Position numbers and translations under genes: made by a program. Below the pieces are notes generated by a model. The model saw nothing but the letters and a program-made list of their open reading frames with translations, ran no database searches and had not been told where the DNA came from. A stretch of DNA of 39,626 nucleotides from assembly GCA_037133055.1 (NCBI GenBank), contig JBAXOY010000014.1, positions 1 through 39,626 of the forward strand, written 5' to 3'. The DNA comes from Chlamydiota bacterium (GTDB lineage: Bacteria; Auribacterota; Tritonobacteria; UBA1439). Of the stretch, positions 18,124 through 26,800 are shown one piece after another. Numbering within the stretch: the first letter of the stretch is position 1; the number at the start of each line of letters is the position of its first letter.

Positions 18124-18679
18124 CGTCGCCGTCCTTCCTCTCCACGACCGCCGACCGCTGCTTCGACGCTCCCGGCCGCGGCGCAAACATCATGACCACG
18201 TTTTTGCCGAACGTCTTGGGGTACATCTCCACATGGCCGAGGTCTTTCACGTCCTCCTCGAACCGCCTGAGCAGGTTGCTGCCGATTTCCATGTGGGCAA
18301 GCTCCCTGCCGCGGTACACCATCCGTATCCTGAGTTTGCACCCCTTTTCGAGGAACTCCCGTGCCTGCCTGAGCTTCACCTTGTAGTCGTGCGTCTCGAT
18401 GCGGGGGCGCAGTTTGATCTCCTTGAGCTTGCCTCCCACCGACTTTTTCTTGGCCACGCGGCTCTTCTTCATCTGCTGATACTGGTACTTCCCGAAATCC
18501 ATGATCCTGCAGACGGGCGGGTCGAGATTTGGCGCCACCTCCACCAGGTCGAGTTTGCTCGCCCTCGCGAGGACGAGCGCCTGGTCGGTGGTCATGATCC
18601 CCGCCTGCGTGCCATCCTTGTCGATGGTGCGTACCGACCTGGCCCTGATCTGTCCGTTGACCCTTATGAGAGATCGAAT
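18056..18679 (-). CDS. infC: Translation initiation factor IF-3 (probable ATT start)
   Basis: Motifs [41 protein letters not shown] and YRGRE. GGAGGT-7nt-ATT at 18679 is in frame. Confidence 0.95.
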   Translation of the reverse strand: MRSLIRVNGQIRARSVRTIDKDGTQAGIMTTDQALVLARASKLDLVEVAPNLDPPVCRIMDFGKYQYQQMKKSRVAKKKSVGGKLKEIKLRPRIETHDYKVKLRQAREFLEKGCKLRIRMVYRGRELAHMEIGSNLLRRFEEDVKDLGHVEMYPKTFGKNVVMMFAPRPGASKQRSAVVERKDGDDAKDENKPLGGEAVQEDGAGQV

Positions 18680-18800
18680 GCGTATCACCTCCCCTGCACT
18701 GCGCTGCATCCATGCCGGCATCCGCCGGCCCTGGCCCTGCATTGGCTTCGGAAATAATCCGCAGCGCGCCACGGGCACACCACGGCACCTCTTGCACCGT

Positions 18801-18830
18801 AGTATAGCAATCGGCGCGCGCGTTACACAA
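18801..18830 (-). promoter_or_regulatory. Putative sigma70 promoter for infC-rpmI-rplT
   Basis: Minus strand TTGTGT-18nt-TATACT with an extended -10 TG. Confidence 0.55.
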
Positions 18831-18879
18831 GTGTAATTTCCCTCCGTATACGTGAGGGTGTACCCGTGGGCCGCGGGGG

Positions 18880-18888
18880 TGGTATACT
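18880..18888 (+). promoter_or_regulatory. Putative extended -10 promoter for nikR
   Basis: TGGTATACT about 35 nt upstream of the nikR ATG. Confidence 0.45.
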
Positions 18889-18921
18889 CGCGCTTTATCA
18901 TTGCGAGAGGAGGCCTGCCCG

Positions 18922-19338
18922 ATGAGGGGACGTGTTCGTTTCGGGGTTTCGCTCGAAAAGGGGCTGCTCGAACAGTTCGACCGCCTTGCCCGGCGCACGG
19001 GGCACACGAACCGTTCGAAGGCGATCGCCGACCTGGTGAGGGCCAAGCTCGTCGAGAAGGAGTGGTCGGGGACGGGGGAGGTCGTCGGGGTCATCAGCCT
19101 GCTGTACGACCACCGGCAGCGGGAGCTCTCGAAGCGCCTCACCCGCCTCCAGCACGAGCACTACACCCGCGTGCTCTCCTCGCAACACCTTCACCTCGAT
19201 CACGACACGTGTCTCGAGGTGATCGTGGCGCGCGGGAGGCCCGACGAGATCAGGCGGCTCGCGGACCTCATGGGCGCGAACCGCGGAGTGAAGCACGCCC
19301 GCCTCTCCATGAGCTCGACCGGCGGGAAGATGGACTGA
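18922..19338 (+). CDS. nikR: Nickel-responsive regulator NikR
   Basis: RHH N-terminus (RFGVSL...NRSKAIADL), YDH, and the QH...HLHLDHDTCLEV Ni-site residues. GAGAGGAGG precedes ATG 18922. Confidence 0.93.
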   Translation: MRGRVRFGVSLEKGLLEQFDRLARRTGHTNRSKAIADLVRAKLVEKEWSGTGEVVGVISLLYDHRQRELSKRLTRLQHEHYTRVLSSQHLHLDHDTCLEVIVARGRPDEIRRLADLMGANRGVKHARLSMSSTGGKMD

Positions 19339-19360
19339 GCGTTCCCGGTATGGGGGCGGC

Positions 19361-21115
19361 TCAGGACGATGCCTTCGCCTCGGACTGGACTCTGGCGATG
19401 AACTCGGCGAGGGGCACCGCTCCCTGGTCACCGTCCTCGCGGGATCGGACGGCGACCGCGCCCGCATCGCGCTCCCTTCCGCCGACGACCAGCATATAGG
19501 GTGTCTTCTGGAGCTGCGCATCCCTGATCTTCAGCCCCATCTTCTCGTTCCGCCGGTCAATCGCCGCCCGGATCCCCTTCTCCACGAGCGCCGCGTGCAC
19601 CGACTCGGCGTAGTCGAGGAACTTCTCCGAGACCGGGATGACGATCGCCTGGACGGGCGAAAGCCAGAGCGGGAAGGCCCCCTTGTAGTGCTCGATGAGC
19701 GTCCCGACGAACCGCTCGAGCGAGCCGAAGAGGGCGCGGTGCACCATCACCACGTGGTGCTTCGCGTTGTCGTTCCCGACATAGCAGGCGTTGAAGCGCC
19801 CGGGGAGGTTGAAGTCGAACTGGACGGTCGAGCACTGCCACCGTCGCCCGAGGGCGTCGAGGAGCTTGATGTCGATCTTCGGGCCGTAGAAGACCGCCTC
19901 GCCCTCGATCCTCCTGTAGGCGATGTTCCGGGCTTTCAGCGCGTCCATGAGTACGCCCTCGGCCATGTCCCACGACTCGGGCGAACCCGCGTAGTCCTGC
20001 GGCTTGTTCGGGTCGCGGACGCTCAGGTCCACCTCGAACTCCGTGAATCCGAATTTCCCGAGGACCTCGAGCACGAGGTCGAGCACCGAGAGGATCTCTC
20101 CGGGGAGCTGCTCCGGCGTGCAGAAGATGTGCGCGTCGTCCTGCGTGAATCCCCGCACCCTGAGCATCCCGTGGAGCACGCCCGAGCGCTCGTAGCGGTA
20201 GACCGTCCCCATCTCCGCGTAGCGCACGGGCAGGTCCCGGTAGCTCCTGACGGCCGACTTGTAGATCAGGATGTGCCCGGGACAGTTCATGGGCTTCAAT
20301 ACGTACTCCTCGTCCTCGACCTTCAGCGTGTACATGTGCTCCCGGTAGAACTCGTAGTGCCCGGAGGTCTTCCAGAGTTGCGCGTGGGCGATGTGCGGGA
20401 TTGAGATGAGCTGGTAGCCCTTTCTGAGGTGCATCTCCTCCCAGTAGTTCTGTATGATGCGGCGGAGGATCGTCCCCCGCGGGTGCCAGTAGACGAGCCC
20501 GGCGCCCGCCTCCTCGTACATGTTGAACAGGTCGAGCTCCCTCCCGAGGCGCCGGTGGTCCCGGGCCTTCGCCTCCTCAAGCTTCGCGAGGTAGCCCTTC
20601 AGCTCCTCCTCCGTTCCCCACGCGGTGCCGTAGATGCGCTGGAGCATCGCGTTCTTCTCGTCCCCTCGCCAATAGGCCCCGGCTATGTGCAGGAGCCTGA
20701 ACGCACCGAGGAGCCCGGTCCGCCCGATGTGCGGCCCGCGGCATAGGTCCGTGAAGTCGCCGTCGCGGTAGAGGCTCACCCTCCCCTCGGGGAGCCCCTC
20801 GATGATCTCGACCTTGTACCGCTCGCCCATCTTCCTGAACAGGTCGATCGCCGCGCCGCGGTCGAGCTCCTCCCTGACGAACGGGTGGTCCTCGGCGACG
20901 ATCTTCCGCATCTCCCCCTCGATCTTCTCGAGGAGCTCCGGGGTCAGGCGCTCGTCGAGGTCGAAGTCGTAGTAAAACCCCTCGGCGATCGCCGGGCCGA
21001 TGGCGAGGCGCGCCTTCGGGAATAGCCGCTTGACCGCCTGGGCCATCACGTGCGAGGCCGAGTGTCGGTAGGTCTCCATCCCTTCTTCAGTGGCAAGATT
21101 CAGTTTTGTGTCCAT
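19361..21115 (-). CDS. thrS: Threonine--tRNA ligase (short form without TGS domain)
   Basis: Motifs RHSASHVMAQAV, DLCRGPH, RDHRRLG, LKPMNCPGH, RVRGFTQDDAH and FYGPKID. Confidence 0.97.
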   Translation of the reverse strand: MDTKLNLATEEGMETYRHSASHVMAQAVKRLFPKARLAIGPAIAEGFYYDFDLDERLTPELLEKIEGEMRKIVAEDHPFVREELDRGAAIDLFRKMGERYKVEIIEGLPEGRVSLYRDGDFTDLCRGPHIGRTGLLGAFRLLHIAGAYWRGDEKNAMLQRIYGTAWGTEEELKGYLAKLEEAKARDHRRLGRELDLFNMYEEAGAGLVYWHPRGTILRRIIQNYWEEMHLRKGYQLISIPHIAHAQLWKTSGHYEFYREHMYTLKVEDEEYVLKPMNCPGHILIYKSAVRSYRDLPVRYAEMGTVYRYERSGVLHGMLRVRGFTQDDAHIFCTPEQLPGEILSVLDLVLEVLGKFGFTEFEVDLSVRDPNKPQDYAGSPESWDMAEGVLMDALKARNIAYRRIEGEAVFYGPKIDIKLLDALGRRWQCSTVQFDFNLPGRFNACYVGNDNAKHHVVMVHRALFGSLERFVGTLIEHYKGAFPLWLSPVQAIVIPVSEKFLDYAESVHAALVEKGIRAAIDRRNEKMGLKIRDAQLQKTPYMLVVGGRERDAGAVAVRSREDGDQGAVPLAEFIARVQSEAKASS

Positions 21116-21247
21116 TGCGGGGTCCTCGCTCCCGGGAAACAGGCTCGCCCGGGCACCGATAGACTATCACACCGCCAGTCGCCGTCGCAAGGGCGGAGCC
21201 GGAAGGACGCGGGAACGCACCAGGGCGCATGCGCGTAAAAATCGATA

Positions 21248-21276
21248 TTGAGTTCAGCCGTTGCATGCGATAGAAT
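21248..21276 (+). promoter_or_regulatory. Putative sigma70 promoter of the NtrC-family gene
   Basis: TTGAGT-17nt-TAGAAT, followed by GGAGGGAGG before ATG 21301. Confidence 0.6.
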
Positions 21277-21300
21277 TTCGTTCGCGCGGAGGGAGGGGGC

Positions 21301-22695
21301 ATGGAGACAATTCTCATCGTCGAAGACAACCCGGGAATACGGAATTTGCTCTCGGCATCGATCCAGATGGACGGGTACGCCACGGCCGTCACCGATGTGG
21401 AGGATACGGCGCTCGACCTTGTCAGGAAACTCGTGCCGAAACTCGTCCTGCTGGACATCCTGCTCCCCGCGGCAAACGGGATGGAGCTCCTGAAAAAGAT
21501 GCGGCGGATCGACAGGGATCTTTCCATCATCATGATGACCGGACATGGAGACATCGGGCAGGCGGTCCAGGCCATCAAGCACGGCGCGGTGGATTACATC
21601 ACAAAACCGTTCAACATACCCGAACTGCTCAGCCTCATCCGAAACACCCTGCACAACAGGTCATCCAGCAAGGATCTGGAGCATCTCGGGCACTCATCCC
21701 TATCGAAAACCACCGTCGAGAAACTGATGGGGACAAGCCCCCAGATACGATGCGTCCTCGACCAGGTAAAAATGAGCGCGCCGACCGATATGACGGTGCT
21801 TATCCAGGGTGATAGCGGGACGGGGAAGGAACTGATCACCAATCTTATCGTCCGCGCAAGCACACGGGCGGCGAAGCCCTTTGTCACCGTGGACTGCGGG
21901 GCCATTTCGAACACGCTTTTCGATGGGGAATTTTTCGGATATGAAAAAGGCGCCTTCACCGGCGCGGACTCCGCCCGGGAGGGGAAATTTGAACAGGCGA
22001 ACGGCGGGACCATCCTCCTGGATGAAATCGAGAATCTCCCGGAGGGCACGCAGATGAAACTCCTCAGGGTGCTCGAGGAGAAGAAAATCAACCGCCTGGG
22101 CAGCAAACGGGCCATCGACGTCGATGTCCGGGTAATCGTTGCGGCAAACATCGATCTGGCGGAGGAGGTGAAGCAGCGGAGGTTCAGGAAGGACCTTTAT
22201 CACCGGCTCAACCACTTTACCATAGTGCTCCCCCCGCTCCGTGACAGGAGGGAAGATATCCCTGCTCTGAGCCGGCACTTCATGGAGAAGGCGGCCGAGG
22301 AATTCGGAAAACCGATACACGATTTCACCCTTGAAGCGATGCGCTGCCTCATGGAATACGACTGGCCAGGCAATGTCAGGGAGTTGAAGAACGTGATCAG
22401 AAGGGCCGTGCTGATCGCTCACCCGGGCTCCATCACTGTATCCGATCTGTCGTTGGATATCACGGATCCGAAAAACGCGGAGGAGGCGCCCGCGTCAGGA
22501 TCCAATGGGACGGAAGTTTTGGGGGGCAGGAAGAAGGGCCGTGTACTTAAAAATATGCTTGAGGACGTCGAGAAGGATATACTGAAAAACGCGCTCGATC
22601 AATCCGGGGGAAGCAGGGTCAAGGCGGCTGCAATCCTCGGGCTTAACAGGAAGGCCCTCTACCGCAAGATAAAAAGCCTTGGTCTCTCCTCCTAA
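21301..22695 (+). CDS. Sigma54-dependent response regulator (NtrC/AtoC family: receiver, AAA+, Fis-HTH)
   Basis: Receiver (ILIVED, LLD, MTG, KP), Walker A GDSGTGKE, GAFTGA, LDEI, WPGNVRELKN and a C-terminal HTH AAAILGLNRKALYRK. Confidence 0.95.
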   Translation: METILIVEDNPGIRNLLSASIQMDGYATAVTDVEDTALDLVRKLVPKLVLLDILLPAANGMELLKKMRRIDRDLSIIMMTGHGDIGQAVQAIKHGAVDYITKPFNIPELLSLIRNTLHNRSSSKDLEHLGHSSLSKTTVEKLMGTSPQIRCVLDQVKMSAPTDMTVLIQGDSGTGKELITNLIVRASTRAAKPFVTVDCGAISNTLFDGEFFGYEKGAFTGADSAREGKFEQANGGTILLDEIENLPEGTQMKLLRVLEEKKINRLGSKRAIDVDVRVIVAANIDLAEEVKQRRFRKDLYHRLNHFTIVLPPLRDRREDIPALSRHFMEKAAEEFGKPIHDFTLEAMRCLMEYDWPGNVRELKNVIRRAVLIAHPGSITVSDLSLDITDPKNAEEAPASGSNGTEVLGGRKKGRVLKNMLEDVEKDILKNALDQSGGSRVKAAAILGLNRKALYRKIKSLGLSS

Positions 22696-22762
22696 TCTTC
22701 GTTTTCCCCCTCCGGTTCCCCTGTCCTCCCATTTCGCACTATCTACCTGCCGCAGGGCATGA

Positions 22763-22809
22763 GGACAGATCTGTCCCCTCATGTCCCCTCCCTGTCCCCT
22801 GACTGTCCC
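22763..22809. promoter_or_regulatory. Palindrome plus phased TGTCCC repeats (candidate enhancer sites)
   Basis: GGACAGATCTGTCC at 22763-22776; TGTCCC starts at 22772, 22782, 22793 and 22804. Confidence 0.5.
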
Positions 22810-22928
22810 TCTCCCTGAAAAAACTCACCCGTCCGGGATACATGCGCAGGTTTTTCTCACAGTATCATCATGCTGCCGTGCAGTACGTTATACAGGCAGT
22901 CCATTATTCATCCTGCACACTCCCTATT

Positions 22929-22945
22929 TCGGCATCTTTCTTGCT
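22929..22945 (+). promoter_or_regulatory. Sigma54 (-24/-12) promoter
   Basis: TCGGCATCTTTCTTGCT has GG (22931-32), 10 nt, then GC (22943-44), close to TGGCAC-N5-TTGCW. It lies 40 nt before ATG 22984. Confidence 0.72.
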
Positions 22946-22983
22946 CCCATCATAGTGCAGGAAGGCAACCGGGGGAAACCGAT

Positions 22984-23571
22984 ATGAAAGTACGCATACT
23001 GACTCAGTTAGCGGCGATCATTTTCATCATAGCTCTGTCCGTGGGTAGCGCACTCGCTGAACCCAGCATGAACTTCATTGTCGAACGAAAGGCGGAAGTG
23101 CCGGACTCCTTTGTCTCGCCGGCCGGCGCGTTTCGCTGCGAGAGCTGCAGGAGGGTGCTGGGAACGGAGACGTCCGAAAGCCTCCTCTCGAAGGATCCCG
23201 ATTTCAAGCAGAATAACATGTTCCAGACCTGTCAGGGATGCCTCGACGGGAAGATGGACGCGCAAACCCAGATAGTGTTCGCGAAGGTGGCGATACGGCA
23301 CAAGTGGAGCAGCATCAGGCATAACATGCTCATGGACGAAAAGTTCAATACTGTTGGAGGAGTGGGGGCGCGGGAGCTTCGGGAGGTAAAAAAGGGTGCG
23401 CCCCCGCGGGGGGAATTGAAGCCCCGCGGCATTCTGCTCGTGTCACACACTCCGCCGGCGCGGGCCAATGCGGGCGCGACGCTCGGGCGGCGCCTCGCCG
23501 CATCCAAAACAACTATCATCCGCCAGGCATTTCTCTACCCCTCCGGGACAAATTCACAACAGCTCCCATAG
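22984..23571 (+). CDS. Hypothetical secreted protein with two CxxC motifs
   Basis: Signal peptide MKVRILTQLAAIIFIIALSVGSALA, then CESC and CQGC. GGGGGA RBS-like sequence; downstream of the sigma54 promoter. The C-terminal third is less convincing as coding. Confidence 0.68.
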   Translation: MKVRILTQLAAIIFIIALSVGSALAEPSMNFIVERKAEVPDSFVSPAGAFRCESCRRVLGTETSESLLSKDPDFKQNNMFQTCQGCLDGKMDAQTQIVFAKVAIRHKWSSIRHNMLMDEKFNTVGGVGARELREVKKGAPPRGELKPRGILLVSHTPPARANAGATLGRRLAASKTTIIRQAFLYPSGTNSQQLP

Positions 23572-23597
23572 GGTTCAGAGTAGTGTGAATCTTCATC

Positions 23598-23628
23598 CTC
23601 CGTGTTCTCCGTGGTGCGGCACAGTACG
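23598..23628. repeat. CTCCGTG-type array, copy 2
   Basis: CTCCGTGTT CTCCGTGGT GCGGCACAGTACG. Confidence 0.7.
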
Positions 23629-23683
23629 CTATGGCTGTCCGTTCTGATTCTCATTTGCGCCCTTACGCCCACACGCCGCAACG

Positions 23684-23721
23684 ACTGTGTTCTCCGTGTT
23701 CTCCGCGGCAACACAGTAACG
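23684..23721. repeat. CTCCGTG-type array, copy 3, bracketed by an 8-bp inverted repeat
   Basis: ACTGTGTT CTCCGTGTT CTCCGCGGC AACACAGT AACG. Confidence 0.7.
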
Positions 23722-23777
23722 ATCCGTCCAAAATTGGGGATACTCCCGTCCCGTTCCCGCCTCGGGCCAGATCGGAA

Positions 23778-23806
23778 TTGACCGGGGTGCGGCGACGGTG
23801 TATTCT
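23778..23806 (+). promoter_or_regulatory. Putative sigma70 promoter of the large lipoprotein gene
   Basis: TTGACC-17nt-TATTCT ends 9 nt before ATG 23816. Confidence 0.62.
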
Positions 23807-23815
23807 AGTGCCCGG

Positions 23816-26800
23816 ATGAAAACCCGCTTCCTCTTCGCCGGTTTCGGCATGGCGCTCCTCGCCGCGGGCTGCGCGAGTCCGCAGTTCTACCCCCTTCCCG
23901 GCCCCCCGGCATACGGGGTCTCCCTCAGGGCAGTCAACTTCGAGCGCGAGATCGCGAACCCGGAATGGAAATTTCTCATCGACGTTGCGGCGGATCGCGC
24001 GGGGAACGCCTGCGTCCTCGACGGCTCGACGCACCAGGCGGCCGTCTGCGACACTCAGGGGAGGCCCGTTCTCAGCATCGGCGAGAAGGGGTTCTGGAGC
24101 AAGACCTTCCCGCGCCCCGCGGGGGTTGCCGTGGACGGCGAGGGGCGGATCTACGTTTCCGATGCGAAGAACGACTCCGTCCAGGTCTTCGACCGCACCG
24201 GCGCCTACGCTTCGAAGATCGGCGCAAAGGGCTACGGGCCGGGGGATTTCCGCGAGGCCGCCGGCATCGACGTGGACCAGGCCGGCACGCTCTACGTGGT
24301 GGACCAGGGGAACATGCGCCTCCAGAAGTTCGACGCGCGCGGCATGCTCGTCGGGCAGATCGTTTCGGGGCCCAAGATCATCGACAAGATCAACATCTCC
24401 CGCACGAGCGGCCCGATAAAGTTCATCGCCTGGCCGAAATTCACGCGCCTGAGGGATGTCGCGGTGGGGCTCGACGGGATGACGTACCTCCTCGACGAAG
24501 GGACGCGCGCCGTCCACGTCTATAACCCGCAGGGGGCATACCTGTTCAGCTTCGGCGGACGCGGCGGGGGGCGGGGCAGATTCGAGAAGCCCGCCGGGAT
24601 CGCCGTCGGGGCCATGGGGATCGTCTGCGTCTCCGACGAGAAGAACGCCACCGTCCAGTTCTTCGACCCGCAGGGGCGCTTTCTCACGAGCGTGGGAGGC
24701 GCGGGCGCGGGGCGCGGGCAATTCAGGGGGCCCCAGGGCATCGGGGCGAACCCGGACGGACTCGTCTTCGTCGCGGACAGGGGCAACCGGCGCGTCCAGG
24801 TCTTCTCCTGCGCCGTCCCGAGGCAGGAGGCGGCCCCGGTCGCCCGTATCGACAAACCGGTGCGGATCGCGATCTTCGATTTCAAGAACAACAACCCCCA
24901 GGCGCAGGCCCGGGGCTACGGAGAGACGATCTCGGAGATGTTCATCACCGCGTTCGCCCGCCGGGCGGTCTTCGAGGTGGTCGAGCGCAAACAGCTCCGG
25001 AAGCTCATCGACGAGCTCTACCTCGACCAGTCCGGCGTCGTCGACGAGGATACCACGAAGAAGCTCGGGAAGGTGCTCGGGGTGGACATCGCCCTCGCGG
25101 GGGGCGTGTCGCTCTTCGCCGGCTCCATTGAGATCGACCTCCGCCTCCTGGACGTCGAAACCGGCAGGGTCATCATCCCCGACTCGATCAAGGCCGCCGC
25201 GGAGAACCAGCTCCGCGCGCTCGTGGATCGCGAGGTGCTCAGGCTCGAACAGGCGTATCTCGTCCGCTTCTATCCGCCCGCCCCCCCGGTCGGGCTCACG
25301 GTGTCGGGAGGCATCCGCGAGGCCGCGATCTCGTGGAAGGCCAACGAGGAGCCCGACTTCAGGGAGTACCGCGTCTACCGCGCCCCGGCCGAGGGGGGCC
25401 CGTACACCCTGGTCGCGAAAACCCGGGAAACGCAGTGGGAGGACCGGGGTCTGAGCGACGGAACGGCCTGTTTCTACCGCGTGACGGCGATCGACGCGGA
25501 CGGCAAGGAGTCGAAGCAGAGCCCCGCGAGTTCGGCGAACACCCGCGCGAAGCCGGTGGTCGGCGAGCTCCAGGTGCAACCGCAGGCCCAGGTCAAGAAG
25601 AGCGCATTTTCCTGGACGGAAAACGAGCAGGACGTCACCGGGTACGTGATCTACCGCGCCTCCTCGCCCGACGGCGCCTACACGAAGGCCGGCGAGAGCC
25701 GCACCCCCGCCTTCTCCGAGAAGGGGTTCGGCGACGGGGAGACCCACTACTATAAAGTCGCCAAGAAATACCGCAACGGCCTCGAGAGCGAGCCGTCGAA
25801 GCAGTTTTCCGTCGGCACAAAGCCCCGCCCCGCGGTGCCGGAGGGGTTCGCGGCCGCAAGCGGCCTTGCCCGCACCGTGAAGATCGAGTGGGCGAACCCC
25901 AAGGAGAAGGACATACGGGAGTTCCGCGTCCATCGCAGCGATTCGGAGGCGGGCGAATATAAGAAAATCGCCTCGGTGAAGCCCGGGTGGATCTCGAGCC
26001 CCTCCTACACCGACACCGGCCTGAAGGACAACGCCACCTACTACTACACGATCGAGTCGATCGACGCCGACAACCTCGCGAGCCCGATGAGCGCGCCCGT
26101 GAAGGCGACGACGAAGCCCGCCCCCTCGATGCCTCGCGGCCTCACGGCCGGGGGCGGGAAAGCGCGGAATGTGCCGCTCTCGTGGGAGCGCAATCCGGAA
26201 AAGGACATCACCGCGTACCGGGTGTTCTTCTCGGAGAAGGAGAACGGCCCATTCAGAAAGATCGCCGAGGCGACGGACCCGTCTTTCGTCCACAAGGGCC
26301 TCAAGGACATTTCCACCTACCATTACCGAATCCTCGCCATCGACCGCGACGGGCTCCTCAGCGAGTTCTCCGGGACCGTCACCGCGACGACAAAGCCGCT
26401 CCCCGTGAAACCGGCGGGGCTGACGGCCGGGTCGGGGCTTGCCCGGAGCGTCCGCCTCGAATGGGCCCCGAACCCGGAGCGCGACATCGCGCACTATACG
26501 GTCTATCGCCGCGTGGGCGGCAGGGGATCGTTCGCGGAGGCGGGGCAGGCGCGGACCCCCGGTCACACCGACACCGGGCTCGAAGACGGGAAGAACTACC
26601 AGTACGAGATCCGCGCGGTGGACGTCGAGGGACTCATGAGCGAGCCCTCGGAGCGCGCCGAGGCGGCGACGAAGCCGCGCCCATCCCCCCCCGATGCCCT
26701 CAAGGCGGAGGCGAGGGACGGCCTCATCGCGCTCTCGTGGACCGCGAGCCGGGAGTCCGACATCGCGGGGTACGAGATTTACCGGAGCAGCGGATGGAAC

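Noticed and set aside
18680..18901. N-terminal extension of IF-3 in the ORF track
   Set aside because: It covers the promoter region; the Shine-Dalgarno sequence and IF-3 homology point to ATT at 18679.
22860..22895. IHF site between the candidate enhancer and the sigma54 promoter
   Set aside because: The best matches to WATCAANNNNTTR have several mismatches.
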